The position numbers were made by a program, and so were the translations under genes. DNA of 64,000 bases from the NCBI GenBank assembly GCA_963514005.1, contig OY740808.1, positions 18,228,001-18,292,000 on the forward strand, given 5' to 3'. Below the pieces are notes generated by a model. That model did not search any database. It was not told the DNA's origin and saw only the letters and a program-made list of their open reading frames with translations. Numbering within the stretch: position 1 is the stretch's first letter; each line of letters begins with the position of its first letter. This DNA comes from Raja brachyura. Its lineage: Eukaryota. Shown in pieces: positions 1 to 12,914 of this stretch.

Positions 1-1231
1 CCTAGTGCAATGTCTTATCTGGATGATGTCAATTTTCAATCCCCGAGAAAGCAAATCTTCAGACAAAACTATAAATGGAAGCCATCAGTGTTATTATTTA
101 TCAATACGAATCTTTTAACTCACAGCCATGTATTTGCAGATGGCTCTCGCGTCCTATTAATGTTGTGCTGGGACTGAGAGCAGCTTGTTTTAATGGTTTC
201 CCAATCAGAGTAATTGAATTTGTCTGTTCCACGGTCAATTAACCTCCTTGGGTTAACCTTTCAAGCGCACAGTCCAAGCCATCAAGTAAGTTTTAACTGA
301 ATTAATTTCTCAGCAGAGGTGTTGACACCAACAAATAAAATCTATCCAGTCCAGGCAGGGACTGATTGGGCTGCCGGTCAGCATTGCTATAGAAACAATG
401 GACTTCATCCAGCAATTCAACTGGCAGGAATCAGTGTTTATCTTAAAGTCATACAAAATCTAACACAAAGGTGAACAGATGCGTGGAGCATTGTTTGTGA
501 TTTAACCCACATTGACAGCTGGGAAATGGCCCTTGAGAGTGGAGAAGAATATAACATTAACAATAACATTAGGAACTCTACTTTTTATGAGTAACATTTC
601 ATTTCACTCGATTTCCCCCACCCCCTTGCTAAACAAGTAGTGGCCTTTCCACTCCCACACTTTAACACACAATAAGTCCCCAGAGCAGTTCCGTTGTAAG
701 GGGCAAAGTAATCCTTGCAAGGAGGTGCAGAAGCAATCTGTGTGACTGTACCTCTCAATTATCTTCATGGTGAAGTTTCCAACCCATCTCCTGTGCAACA
801 CATCATCTCACTGCGTACCCTGGTATAACTGCGGTCGTGACACTGTGACCTCCTTAATAGCATTCCAACCACAATTTGGGTTCACAGAGTGCCTTTTATG
901 CTGGAGAATGCCCCCATTTGTTGTGTATCACTGTAAATTAAAATGAAACAGAAGATATGATTAAAATGTTGGGGAAACGTTTTAAGGGAAGTGTTAAAGG
1001 GGGAGAGAGACGGGAGACTTGTGGAGGGAGGCGGGTTGGTTTAGCCGGTTGACTCCAGAGTTGACTCCCTACCTGGCTTGATACTCAGTGTTGGGGAGAG
1101 GATGGATGAACGCATGCAATGGCAAAGTGAAATACCTGTGGGGTGGAGAGACGGCCATGTTTAGAGGGATAAATGTATGAGATAGTGGAGCGTTTGAAGA
1201 TGTGGATACATTGATATTAGATGTAACAAAC

Positions 1232-1530
1232 ATAACTAGAGCCATACAGTGTGGAAACAGGTCCTTCTGCCCAACTTGCACACGCCAACCAAGATGCCCC
1301 ATCTACATTAGTCCCACCTGCCTGTGTTTGGTCCATATCCCTCTAAACCTTTTCTATCTATGCACCTGTCCAAATGTCTTTTTAATGTTGTTACAGTACC
1401 TGCCGCAACTACCTCCTTTGGCAGCTTGTTCCATATACCCACCCTATAACCATATAACCCTAACCCTCTATGTGAAAAATATTGCCCCTCAGGTTCCGAT
1501 AAAATCTTATCCCTCTCATCTTAAACCTAT
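1232..1530 (-). mobile_element. CR1/HER1-type LINE 3' fragment
   Basis: Reverse strand reads as a CR1 3' end (...GGACCAAACACAGGCAGGTGGGACTAATGTAGATGGGGCATCTTGGTTGGC...GGGCAGAAGGACCTGTTTCCACACTGTATG); similar to copies at 8905, 30525 and 44900. Confidence 0.8.
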
Positions 1531-3247
1531 ATCGAAGACATGGCATAAAACCTTATTGATAATGTTGGGCAAGATGTGCAGCCAGGAGAGTATTGGAATA
1601 GTCTTTATTTTGTTAGGCTGTCTTTCTGATGATGAACCCATCTGATCTATCATCTGCTGTAGCCTTGGACAAAGGTCCTGGCTATTCGCAACACCTCCGA
1701 TCTTCACCTCATCCGTATTTGTTGATGCATGGCCAGACTCTGATTTGTTTTCTCTCACAATGCTGACATGGAATCCGTTGAAAGATTTTGAATTTGCATG
1801 AAGAGGCCTAATTTACTCAAGCGTGTTGAATTTTTGCGAGTATCAATGCAATTTTTGCAAGTGAATCGAAAAATCTTGCACCTAAGTCTCTGGACCTGAA
1901 CTCACAGCTTTTGATTCACAAGGCGAGCAAGAGTCTTAGCACTGAGACTGAACAAGGTTATGAGAAACTGAGGCAGAGTGGATGAGAAGGATCTATGTGC
2001 CTCAGCAGAGGTGTTAAAATCTTGAAAATCAATATCCCTTGGTTATTGTGAGAAAGATTAACTGGGGATTGAAGGGAAACTTTTCAGTCGGAGGGAAGAG
2101 AGAGTCTGGAACTCATTCCCTACAGTGCTGGTGGTGAAGGATGCCTTTGTTGCATTTAAAACAACTTGGAAGAGGAAACTAGTGCCCACAGACCATGATC
2201 CGGATGGTACGATCCGCTACATCCAATATGAACAGATTGGGCCAAATGGCCAGCTTCAGTTCTATCAATTCATACAGTACTTCTTTGAACTGGAATGTGT
2301 CCTGTTTAGAGAACATAAAAACGGCAGTTCTATTGCACTATAGTGAAGGTGAAGGTCGAGCATTGTGTTTACAAGGTTACAGACCTTACTGTTGGGGTGA
2401 AAACTATAGGTTGAATTAATGAATAATAAAGCCTGGATCCGAGTGAATTAACTTGCATTTGAAACCGAGATGCAATTTTCTAGCCGTGTTCCTCAGGGCT
2501 TCTCAGTTTGTTATTGTTAACAAACTTTAAACAGCTTTTAATGCAGTCACCTTAGCCCATGGGGATTAATCGCGCAGCCACAGATTTTGCTTTGGTGCCT
2601 TTTTCGCTGCCTTTTGATTAATGTGCAGCCACTGGGGAGCTGATAGCAGCTTGTGCAGTGATACTGGCTTGCCGGCTCTGTCAGGAATCTGTAAATTTGT
2701 GAATTCAATTGTTGTATCTCGAATGGAAATAAGAGAGAAGTTTTTAGTTAAAAGAAAATTGGATCTGAAGGGACAGAGGCTGAATATTGCAAGGAGAACT
2801 TTGAGGGTAATTCTTTGGGGTGAAGTGAGTGAGGCTTGCCATTCACCCGCTACTGTCGTCACTACAGGGGTTTGTACCTCTGAGAGAAGGTCACAGTGGC
2901 GTCAAATACCCTCAGAGTGGAACAATGTGGAGTTCAGTGATGTCCAACATCGTAAACTCCCTCACAGTATACTTCCAGGTTGCTGACTCTGTCCTCCCAG
3001 GGGGAAGGTGGCAAATTGGCTTTGATAAGAAACGATATCAATTTCCTTGCTGGTTCAGCAATTGTATTGCACGTGCAGCTTGGATCACCAGTAGCCATCG
3101 TCTCCACTGAATTAACTAACAGCAGTCAGCCCTGGCAGGTAGCAGACTGTATTTAGGGTCAGCAGAAGTCTTGATCTTGGCTGCTGTCCAGCAATGATTG
3201 CTGGCGAAGGTGTATGCATCATGAAGACTGTAAACCATCCTGGACAA

Positions 3248-3316
3248 AGTCTGAAGAAGGGTCCTGACTCAAACCATCACCTATCCGTGAACTCCAGAGA
3301 TGTTTCCTGACCTGCT
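3248..3316 (+). mobile_element. Degenerate Penelope-like terminal unit (decayed hammerhead motif)
   Basis: AGTCTGAAGAAGGGTCCTGACTCAAACCATCACCTATCC...CCAGAGATG matches the family consensus seen at 51575. Confidence 0.65.
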
Positions 3317-3487
3317 TTACTGGGCAAAGTATTAGCGGGCCCAAGATTGTGTTTGTAGGCATCACGTTATGGAGAAGTGAGGGAATTGGTAAGGAGAATA
3401 AAAGAAGCATTCTGCTGCTCACTAACATCCTGGAATTGAGATGCTAGCTGTTTATTTTCCTCAGAGGCAGACTGACCTGCTGAATTC

Positions 3488-3829
3488 AGTTTTCGTTTAG
3501 AGATACTGCGCATAAACAGGCCCTTTGGCCCACCAAATCTGCGCCGACCAGCGATCCCAGTACACTAGACACGAGGAACAATTGACAATTTTGACCAAAG
3601 CTGATTAGCCTGCAAACCTGCACGTCTTCACATTCACGTTTATTGTCACATGCACCAATTAAGGTACAGTCTTTGGAATGTGGGAGGAAACCGCAACACC
3701 CGGGGGGAAACCTACGCAATCAAGGGGAGAACGTACAAACTCCGTACAGACAGCACCCATAGTCAGGATCGAACCCACGTCTCTGGCGCTGTAAGGCAGC
3801 AACTCTACCGCTGCGCCACCGTGCCGCCC
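3488..3829 (-). mobile_element. HE1-type tRNA-derived V-SINE, near full length
   Basis: Reverse strand: GGGCGGCACGGTGGCGCAGCGGTAGAG (A box) ...GGGTTCGATCC (B box), central GGAGTTTGTACGTTCTCCC domain, CR1-like tail ending CTCTAAAC; a ~40-bp LINE tail fragment is inserted near 3630-3670. Confidence 0.9.
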
Positions 3830-4054
3830 CTTCCAGCATTGTACCAGCGTTTCCTATTTTAATTTCAAATGTCCAAAATCGGCAGGTTTGTGGGTTTTCA
3901 TTTCTTGTTGTAAAATTGTAAAATGATGTGGTACTTCATTGTAATGTTCTGCCCATAACACATTCTGACGAGTTGCATCTCTGCTGATTATATAGCCTGA
4001 TCTTCCATCCCACCACATTGTGAGCACTGGACTTTTTCTCTGTTAGTGTAACAC

Positions 4055-4195
4055 TGTCACACTACATTCTGCACTACTTTTCATTATCTCTTGTACTTAT
4101 GTATGGCTTGGTTGTACTCATTGTATGGTCTGACTGGATCGCACACAAACAGAGCTTTAAACTGTATCTCGGAACACATGCCAATAATAAACCAC
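4055..4195 (+). mobile_element. LINE 3' tail fragment (Rex1/L2-like)
   Basis: ...CTGACTGGATCGCACACAAACAGAGCTTTAAACTGTATCTCGGAACACATGCCAATAATAAACC; related tails at ~50000-50250 (+) and 55315-55670 (-). Confidence 0.55.
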
Positions 4196-5062
4196 ATGCC
4201 AATATACAAGGTGATGAGAAATACTACTTTATTTATCATTACCATGTGTACTTTCAACTCTGTGATGCATCATAAGGACAAGGAATCTCATTGCACAGGA
4301 TAAAATTTGAATCTGTATTTCCACAGCCAATTTATCACAGTGTACCTCAGCATCCGAAACATCACGTGGTCACAGCCTACCCTCTTTCTGCATCTGCTGA
4401 GATCTTTATTCACAGCTTCTTCGTCATGTCATCTGAATCTTCCACTGCTGTGCTTGGCAACATCCCATGTCATTCACAACAGACGCTCACTCATCCAGGA
4501 CCTCACTGGTTATTCCCCTTCCCACTCAGTACTCGTCACTTGTAACCATGTGCTTCCCATGGTCCCAACACTTTAACTTCAATACATTCACCCTCATGTA
4601 CACCCTTTACTATGATACCATCTCTTCTGACTTCTGCTGCTGTTTTGTGGGTCTGGATTTTCTCTGCCTTTGGGTTGGTTCCCTGACCTTGGGGGCATGT
4701 TATTGCTTTAAAGGCACAGTACACGTATTGTTTTTTGCTCGAGGCTCCTCGTTGTAACATGATCTTTAGTGCATCCTGCCATCATTACAGCCATCACAAT
4801 CATAACCCTTGGTGCCACCATCCTAGTAAAGCACTCGGCTGAAACACTCACTCTCCATTGTAATTCATAAACAGTATTATTCAATGCAGTAGTTATGGCA
4901 TTCACTTTCAGCACTGCTGGACTTTGCTTCTTCATTGTATTGACTGATCAGTCTCTCTCCTTCCCACATTTTGTGTAGCCGGAGGTGAGATTGGCAATAC
5001 CCAGGAGCGATCCCATAAACCTCTCATGGGATTTACAACCTTAGAGTATTCTTCCATTCATT

Positions 5063-5201
5063 TGTGGAAACAAGGAACTACAGATGCTGGTTTACAAAAG
5101 AAGACATAAAGTACTGGAATAACTCAGCGGGTCAGCCAGCATCTCTGGAGAACATGGATACGGTGGCGATTTGGATCAGGTCAGGTCCCTTCCTCAGACT
5201 G
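5063..5201 (-). mobile_element. Penelope-like terminal unit
   Basis: GGAACTACAGATGCTGG...AACTCAGCGGGTCAGCCAGCATCTCTGGAG...CCCTTCCTCAGACT is the reverse complement of the hammerhead-bearing unit. Confidence 0.75.
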
Positions 5202-5605
5202 GTGCTTTGATATTTTGTGTTGCCTTCCACAAGGACAAACCCCAATGACAACCCTTCAGCTGTAGGCACAAGAACCCTCCACCTTTATAGACAATTTATT
5301 TCTCTAGTTGAAGTCAGAGAAAGTAATGCCTTTGAGAGTTTTCCTTCCACCAGACTAGCTTGTATTTGAAGAAAAATAAAGCAGTTCTCTCGCCTGTACA
5401 GCACTATGACTCTCTTACGTTTACTCTGGAGACGAGGTGAAATACATGCCTTCCCGCTGAGCGATTGATTTTCTTAAACAAAGAAGTATATGTCAGCAAT
5501 GGGCAATCAGAATGACAATTGTTTTCCTTTTATATTTAAAAAGTATCACCACTCTTCCACACATGTGGATATCCCTCTTGTAAGATGTGCGTGCACTCCA
5601 CTTAC

Positions 5606-5680
5606 AACGATGCATACAATTGCTTTGTTGGTAACAAGCTGTACTGATTGAACTCGTCATCAAGCACTGTTTCCTTCCAC
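5606..5680 (-). CDS. Candidate 75-nt internal exon, gene unidentified
   Basis: Minus strand TCTCCCTTTTACAG|GTGGAAGG...CATCGTT|GTAAGT; length divisible by 3; two frames open (e.g. WKETVLDDEFNQYSLLPTKQLYAS). No protein recognised. Confidence 0.3.
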
Positions 5681-6572
5681 CTGTAAAAGGGAGATAATAG
5701 TCCTCTCATGCATTTTGTTCACCAAACAATTCTCCCTATATTGTTTGATAGTCTGCAATCAGCTGGCTCGCTGCCCTGCTGCTGTTAGCTCCCTGAAGAG
5801 GCAGGTGCTGCAGTATGATTACTTGGCACTGGGTGAACTAAACTTGTCATTTTTCTCTGACAACCACTTAGTAATCATTGTGTTCAGAGTGTTTTTACAA
5901 GATCGGGAAGAAAAGTAACATTCTGCGAACAATACCAACTATAGTCCCTGTTTATATTTGTTAAACAAAAACCTGATAAGAGCTGGTGGGAAAGACTCAA
6001 CAAGGCCTTATCAGACAAAGGGAAGTGTGAGGTAAACAGGTCCCCTGATGGTCCTTGGCTGTTTCTGCTGTCGCGATGTGTAGGTGTTGCTGTAGGGACC
6101 GGCATTGATATCCTGGCAGATTGTTGTGGCAGCTATTTTGCTTTTCTGAATAAGACTCATTACATAGTGAGACCTTGGTGTGCAGGTGCAGATACATCTG
6201 TACAGCAGAGCTCTGCGGTAAATGGTGAATGGAGGAGATTCACCAAAATTAAGGCTTCATTATGATTGATGAGCTTAAAACTCAGAGGGTAAGCATTCTG
6301 CTTTAATTCTACTTTACTTTTATTAAATTCAGTTTAGTTTATTGCCACGTGTACCAAGGTACAATGGAAAGCTTTTTGTTGTGTGCGTGCCAGTTCCTGA
6401 GATATTACTGCTCTCTTTGAGGAGCCAGACAGAGGATGAGGAAGAGGGCTCCCTCAGCTCCAACTCTCCTGGACATACCGTCGCATCCCAAATACTGATC
6501 ATCCCTAAATTCACTTATTTTCCATCCTAGACGTCACGATTATCCTGGGATTGGCTGTGCAATTTTAATCTA

Positions 6573-6665
6573 AACACAAAAGTACTGCAGGACTTCAATG
6601 TGTAGGGCAGCATCCGGGGAGGGAAGGGACAGGTGCCATTTCGGGTCGGGACCCTTCATCGGACT
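6573..6665 (-). mobile_element. Penelope-like terminal unit
   Basis: Reverse strand AGTCCGATGAAGGGTCCCGACCCGAAATGGCACCTG: decayed hammerhead motif plus downstream consensus. Confidence 0.7.
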
Positions 6666-7242
6666 ATTTCGGCAGTTTAATGGGCAGGCAGGTGATTTCT
6701 GCGGATTTCATGACGGGTTAGCTGGCAAAGTCAACTTCAGCGTGTTACTGTGGCCTGGGGTGTCCCTGCATTGCTGACAGGCTAATTCTGATTACAGGAG
6801 GGAAATCTCCCAACTAGTGCCACAGAATGGCAAACCCTGCGTCGTTTGCCTGACTTTCCTGCTTTGCAGCACGGTCAAATGTTCCATGCGGAGGTGAGGG
6901 ATTTCCAAACGGGGGAAGAACAAAGCGAAAAATGAGTAGGTGTTGTTCAGGACACAGTGATGGTTCAATGGTGCGTTTATTGTGACATGTGCAAATGCAC
7001 AGTGAAATTATAGTTCTTACATACAGTCCATACAGTTGTGCTATACCCAAGCACATCCTGGACTTGTAAATACACAGAAATAATCTACTGAGCTGGCACG
7101 CAAGAGGCGCCATGTTTTGGCACCATTTTCAGAGCCCTGTCCACGCTCCAGTTCTTATGAACGTCGCTCGATCCAGGCAAGCCCCAGGCTGCTGCAGGGC
7201 CTCCAGCCATCGCCTTCCTATTCAACTGTTCAACTTTAAACA

Positions 7243-7566
7243 GGTGGCGCAGCGGTAGAGTTGTTGCCTCACAGCGCTTGCAGCGCCCGAGACCCAGGAT
7301 CAATCCCGACTGCAGTTGCTGTCTGTAGGGAGTTTCTACGTTCTCCCCGTGACCGCGTGGGTTTTCGCCGAGATCTTCGGTTTCCTCCCACACACCACAG
7401 CCATACAGGTTTATAGGTTAATTGGCTAAGGTTTGTATACTTGGTCTAAATGTAAATTGTCCCTAGTATGTGTAGGCTTGTGTCAATGTGCGGGGATTGC
7501 TGGTCGTTGCGGACTCGGTGGGCCAAAGGGCCTGCTTCCGTGCTGAATCTCTAAACTAAACCAAAC
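7243..7566 (+). mobile_element. HE1-type V-SINE
   Basis: GGTGGCGCAGCGGTAGAGTTGTTGCCTCACAGC head, GGAGTTTCTACGTTCTCCCCGTGACCGCGTGGGTTTT core, GGACTCGGTGGGCCAAAGGGCCTG...CTCTAAACTAAAC tail. Confidence 0.9.
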
Positions 7567-7569
7567 TTT

Positions 7570-8568
7570 AGTGTGTCAGACTCGATAACAATCAGCACGG
7601 GAGCACCTCAAGGCTGCGTGCTCAGCCCCCTGCTGTACTCACTCTATGCCCATGACTGCGTAGCCGGTCATAGTGCGAACTCCATCATCAAGTTCGCTGA
7701 CGACACCACTGTTGCGGGACGTATCACTGATGGGGATGAGTCAGAGTATAGAAGAGAGATCGAGCGAGTGTCCATATGGTGCCAGCACAATAACCTGGCC
7801 CTCAACACCGGCAAAACCAAGGAACTGATTGTGGACTTTGGAAGGAGTAGGATGGGGACCCACAGTCCTGTTTATATCAACGGGTCGATGGTTGAAAGGG
7901 TCAAGAGCTTCAAATTCCTGGGCGTGCACATCTGTGAAGATCTTTCCTGGTCCGAGAACACAGATGTAATTATTAAGAAAGCTCATCAGCGCCTCTACTT
8001 CCTGAGAAGATTACGGAGAGTCGTTTCTGTCAAGGAGGACTCTCTTGAACTTCTACTGGTGCACAGTAGAGAGCTTGCTGACCGGTTGCATCGTGGCTTG
8101 GTTCGGCAACTTGAGCGCCCTGGAGAGGAAAAGACTACAGAAAGTAGTAAACACTGCCCAGTCCATCATCAGCTCTGACCTTCCTTCCATCGAGGGGATC
8201 TATCACAGTCGCTGCCTCAAAAAGGCTGGCAGCATTATCAAGGACCCACACCACCCTGGCCACACACTCATCTCCCTGCTACCTTTGTGTAGAAGGTACA
8301 GGAGCCTGAGGACTGCAACGACCCGGTTCAGGAATAGCTACTTCCCCACAGCCATCAGGCTATTAAACTTGGCTCGGACAAAACTCTGAACATTAATACC
8401 CCTCCATCTGTTATTTGCACTTTATCAATTTATTAATTCATGTGTGTATTTACGTATATAATTGTAGTCAATGCCTACTATGTTCTGTTGTGCTGAAGCA
8501 AAGAAAGATTTTCATTGTCCTGTCAGGGACACATGACAATAAACTCTTTTGACTTTGACTTTTGAACT
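7570..8568 (+). mobile_element. 5'-truncated Rex1/Babar-type LINE (RT C-terminal half plus 3' UTR), frameshifted
   Basis: ORF 7573-8178 has TGAPQGCVLSPLLYSLY, KFADDTT and KTKELIVDF RT motifs; it continues in another frame (8045-8389: IIKDPHHPGH...RRYRSL...RFRNSYFP); AATAAA and (CTTTGA)n tail follow. Confidence 0.92.
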
Positions 8569-8904
8569 TTTCTATTTTTCTCTGGTCTAGGAAAGCTCTG
8601 AAGAACAAGCCGAGAATGTGTGACTTTCACACCATATTCAGATAACATCTTGAAAGCTTTGATTATGATTATGATGGAGCTATAATTAAGTCTTTTGGGT
8701 CAATGTCATGGTCTGTTCTAATGCAGTCTCTGACAAAGCGAAAGATACTTATTATAGGTTGTAAACCTAAAGAGCTTGCTCTGTCCATGTCTACGCTGGG
8801 AGAGTCAAGAATGTCTAATAACATTCTTACTTGCTGTAGCTTAACAGGCCCATTAATGCAATAATACCCAAATACATATTCAATAATAAATAATACACTC
8901 AAAG

Positions 8905-9125
8905 GGAGGTGGATATGTGGAACAGCTGCTAGAGGAGGAAGTTGAGGCAGGTACTATAACAACATTTAACAGACACTTGCACAGCTATACGGATAGGAAA
9001 GGTTTGGAGGGAAATGGGCCAAACGTGAGCAAATGAGACTCGGTTTGTTTGGGCATCTTGGGCGGCGTGGACAGGTTGGGCTGAAGAGCCAGTTTTCATG
9101 CTCTATGATTCTATGACTGTGACTC
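8905..9125 (+). mobile_element. CR1-type LINE 3' fragment
   Basis: GGAACAGCTGCTAGAGGAGGAAGTTGAGGCAGGTAC...GGGCTGAAGAGCCAGTTTTCATGCTCTATGATTCTATG terminal repeats. Confidence 0.75.
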
Positions 9126-9352
9126 TAATACAATAAATTAATAATCAGTAATACTTGGTAACCAGACCCGATCAGAGACAAATGTGGACTGAATTCCCGG
9201 AGGCCAACAATAAAGCTCTCTCTCCATTCATCGGTTTCCTTTCGGAGGCACTTTCACCCATTCCTTGGTATACACTATTTATCTGCTGGGAATAAATAAT
9301 GCAACTTGCTATTAACCTTTGTTTAAAAATAAAACACAGCTAATTTTGGTTG

Positions 9353-10195
9353 AATAATTTTTATTAGAAGTATAAGTACAGGTGTAAGTACAAATATAAG
9401 TACATATAAAAACAACGTTCTTGATAAAGAGATAGGTAATAATTACCATGTTTTCTTATATATACTTCTAAACATTTTATTGTAGTTTTTTTTTAGTGAA
9501 AAGTAGGAAAGTGTGAAAAATGGTTAACATAAAAATAGTTATAAAATAACCAAAAGAGAAAAGTAAATAAAATAACAGTGGTATATTATACAAACAGTAT
9601 TTATATAATAATATATCCGTGATCAATAATGTATTATTCTTCGCTCAATCCTTCGTTCAAATCTCGATCAGGTCCACAAACCGAGTCATATTGGTCCCTT
9701 AAGATATTCAAGGAATGGAGACCAAATCAGATTAAATTGGTCTAACTTGCCTAAAAGTGCAAGTCTTATTCTTTCCAAGTGTAAAGTCTCAGCCATTCCT
9801 GAAATCCACAATTTGATTGTAGGGGGTATGTGGCCTTTCCAAAATTGTAAAATTAATTTTTTACCAATTATTAAACTATAATCTATGAAAGTTCTTTGTG
9901 CTGTCGTGAGTAATTGATCCCTTTCTAATATTCCCAATATTATTAATTTTGAGTCTGGAACTAGATTCTTATTTACAACATTCGAGATTACCTTAAATAT
10001 TTCCAACCAAAAATTCATAATTTTTATACAAGTTGTAAAAGAATGTGTTAAATTAGCTTCTGGGTTTTGGCATTTGTCACATATAGGAGATACATTAGAA
10101 AACATTCTATGTAATTTAGACTTTGAAAAATGCAATCTATGTAAAACTTTGAATTGTATCAGAGAGTGTCTAGAATTTAATGACACTCTCTGATA
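9353..10195 (-). mobile_element. 5'-truncated L1-clade LINE (ORF2 C-terminus plus AT-rich 3' UTR)
   Basis: ORF 9686-10300 contains IQFKVLHRLH...CDKC...LTHSFTTC (zinc-knuckle-type C-terminus) and QFNLIWSPFLEYL, typical of the end of fish L1 ORF2; AATAAA on the minus strand near 9358. Confidence 0.85.
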
Positions 10196-11454
10196 CAATT
10201 CAAAGTTTGTAAATTTGAGCTGTTTGTTGTTCCTGCAAGTGGAGGGAGAAACCATGGCTATGTGTTTGACATGCAGCCCACATTGTATTAAACCAAACAA
10301 GAGCTGACAGTGGGAGAAGGAAGGTACCGAGATATGGAGGTGGCATCTTAATGTTCACAGGGAAGCCTCATGTTTCTATATTTTATCACACAATCACTTT
10401 TTTTTTAAATGTCCAGTGTTTTATTCAATGTTGAAACACTGAGGCACCGAGGCCTTACCCACTCTGTAAGATAGACGTTTGCACTCTCCAGTATGGGTTC
10501 CATCTGTCAGTAGTTGAGAACATTGCTTCTTCTTCTACACGGTAGTGTGTGTTGATTCCCTATATCTGCATAATGAGTTGAGATATTTGTACGAGCATTA
10601 TTAAAAATAATAGATCGAGTGGACACTTAGATTTACTATCTGGCAGATGCCAGCGTCGCTGTTAATTGTTTAAAACGACCAAAGAAATCCGAGTAATACG
10701 GTTAAAAGGTTTACAAGGAAATCACCCGGTTTCATGTAAGTGGGAGATTTATTAATGCACGTTGCTTATCCATTAGGTCTGTAAAGAGAGTCACTCAAAC
10801 GCAGGGAGCGCTTGCTTTCTGATCTCAGAATTAAAAAGAATGAGGTTTTAAATTTTAAGCTCCCACTGACCTTGCAGATTGCATGTAGCTTTTGGCAGCA
10901 AAGTCGAGAAATCTTATTAAATTCACCCTCCATAAACCTTCAGAAAAAATATGATTAATGGTTCCGTTTTTAAAAAAAGAAGCTTGAACAAAAAATCCCG
11001 CAGCTCCAGTAGTCACACTGCCTCGTTCAGTCATGGAAAAAATGTAATACCAGTTGTGCTTTTATAGAAAAAACACGCCCAGTCTGTCAAGTTGTATGAT
11101 CAAAAATGTTTGATAAACAGACTGAGTTCATATGAATCGGAAATAAAGTAAAAACTTACAGCTTGCTAGAATGGGTTGTGCACTTACAGCTGCGGTCGTC
11201 TTTCATGAGTTTTATTAATTTTACACAGTCTCACAACCTCCATGCTCCACTGTAACACGAGTGAGTTTTCTACATATTTTTTGTGTTATAAAATCGCATT
11301 CTCAATCCACGGTCTCATAAATCTGCCCAATATATCATTAATGTCATTAAAATGCTTAATACCTGCATTGAGACAAAGCAGTTTGATTCATTGGTTGAGA
11401 AGAGATCAATCAATGTGCATTTATTCATCCAGAGTTCCTTGTTTTATTTCCTTG

Positions 11455-11637
11455 TTTCACCTATCACCTCCCGGCCTTTCACCCCTGTTCCTTCTCGTCT
11501 TTATACTGGCAGTCTTCCCACCCCACGCTCAGTCTTGACGCAGGAGCTCGACCCGAAATGTCGACAGTTGCTTCCCCCACCGATGCCGCTCGACCTGTTC
11601 CAGCAGTTTGTTTCTTGCTCCAGATTCCAGCATCTGT
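11455..11637 (+). mobile_element. Penelope-like terminal unit, older subfamily
   Basis: Pyrimidine-rich leader, then CAGTCTTGACGCAGGAGCTCGACCCGAAATGTCGAC...TCCAGATTCCAGCATCTG. Confidence 0.65.
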
Positions 11638-11744
11638 ATTTCCACTATCATTGCAGAACTCCCTTAATACTCCCGGGTTCTCAGCTTAAATAATTTCAAA
11701 TCCTATCGTGGGACCTGAAGCAACACCTCCTGACAGTAATGTGA

Positions 11745-11810
11745 TCGATCGGTGGTCGTCATGGACTCGGTGGGCCAAAGGGCCTGTGTCGGTGTTGTAT
11801 CTCTAAACTA
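11745..11810 (+). mobile_element. HE1 SINE / CR1 3' tail only
   Basis: GATCGGTGGTCGTCATGGACTCGGTGGGCCAAAGGGCCTGTG...GTATCTCTAAACTA matches the tail at 7495-7560. Confidence 0.75.
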
Positions 11811-12619
11811 ATCTCAACCAAACAGTAAAGTGTTAAATGCAACAATTGCATGACCTTCATTTCATGAAATTCAAACTATTTTTGTTCCTTACAACACTGG
11901 ACAGTTATAAACAGTTGCGACATTTTGTGGGCCTTGTTTGTTCCTTGATGTCATCTCGTGCAAAAAGGCAGAAAAATCTTGCAGTTGGAAAGCCAAAGTA
12001 TTTTTGTGGTTATGCATGGTTTGTATTTCACATTTTCGATGACTTCAGTACAGCTGCAGCAAGGCTGGTTACTCGCTTTCCGCTCTCAGTCCAAGTTGGC
12101 TGCTGTGAGGTTTTCCTTTCCCTTCTCTTTGTGCGACTTGAAAGTCATCCTGGTTGAGGTCCCTTTGTCCTGTTGGGCCTGGAGTTGTGAGGGCTGAGTG
12201 GCGCACCACACAGCTGGCCCCACCGGTTTATTTGTGTAACATGAAAGCTAAACCGCATTGCCATTGCCTTCTCCCTCAGATAATCCATCAAATAAATAAA
12301 CGTAAAAAAAAGATGTCTGAAGGAACATGACGTCCAATAGCGCTTTAACCTGACATGCTGGGATAAAGCCATTCTAACGTGATGCACACCTGCTCTTAAT
12401 GGGTTGTGCCGTAAGAAGTGTGGAGATGATAAATTTCTTTCCGGACTTGGGATAAGTTTATTTTGTGAAAGCCGGGTTTGTAATCCTTGGAGCAAAGACG
12501 GATGAAAGAAGATTTGATGGAGGCGTACGCGCCGGCTCTCGTCAGACTGCATAGACGGAAGTTGTTCCCCGTGACAGGCGGCTCAAGGGTCAGGGGAACG
12601 AGAATTGACCAAGAGACAT

Positions 12620-12910
12620 AAGAGACCGCAGATGCTGGAAACCGGAGCAAAAAAACAAACTGCTGGAGGGGTCAGTGGGTCAGGCAGCATCTGTGGAGGC
12701 AGAGGGACGGTCGATGTTTCAGGTCGAGAGCAAATGACACAAAGTGCGGGAGTAACTCAGCGGGTCATGCAGCATCTCTGGAGGACATGGATAGGTGGCA
12801 TTTCCAGTCGGGACCCTTCTTCAGACTGATGTCGGGGGGAGAAATTGGGAAAATCGTGGTGGGAGCAGGACAAACTCTGGCAAGTGATAGGTGGATACAG
12901 GTGGGGGGAG
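12620..12910 (-). mobile_element. Two tandem Penelope-like terminal units
   Basis: Two successive reverse-complement copies (...GTTTCAGGTCGAG; ...GTCGGGACCCTTCTTCAGACTG), followed by the reverse complement of the pyrimidine-rich leader. Confidence 0.75.
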
Positions 12911-12914
12911 ATAG

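Noticed and set aside
750-931. Good minus-strand acceptor (TTTCATTTTAATTTACAG) as a coding exon
   Set aside because: All three frames hit stops immediately or within 16 codons; at most a UTR or non-coding exon.
3760-3829. tRNA-like A/B boxes (also 7243 and 18770)
   Set aside because: They are SINE heads continuous with the SINE body and tail, not stand-alone tRNA genes.
10196-10300. N-terminal part of ORF 9686-10300 as a host-L1 fusion protein
   Set aside because: Appears to be chance read-through of flanking DNA into a 5'-truncated L1; non-ATG start.
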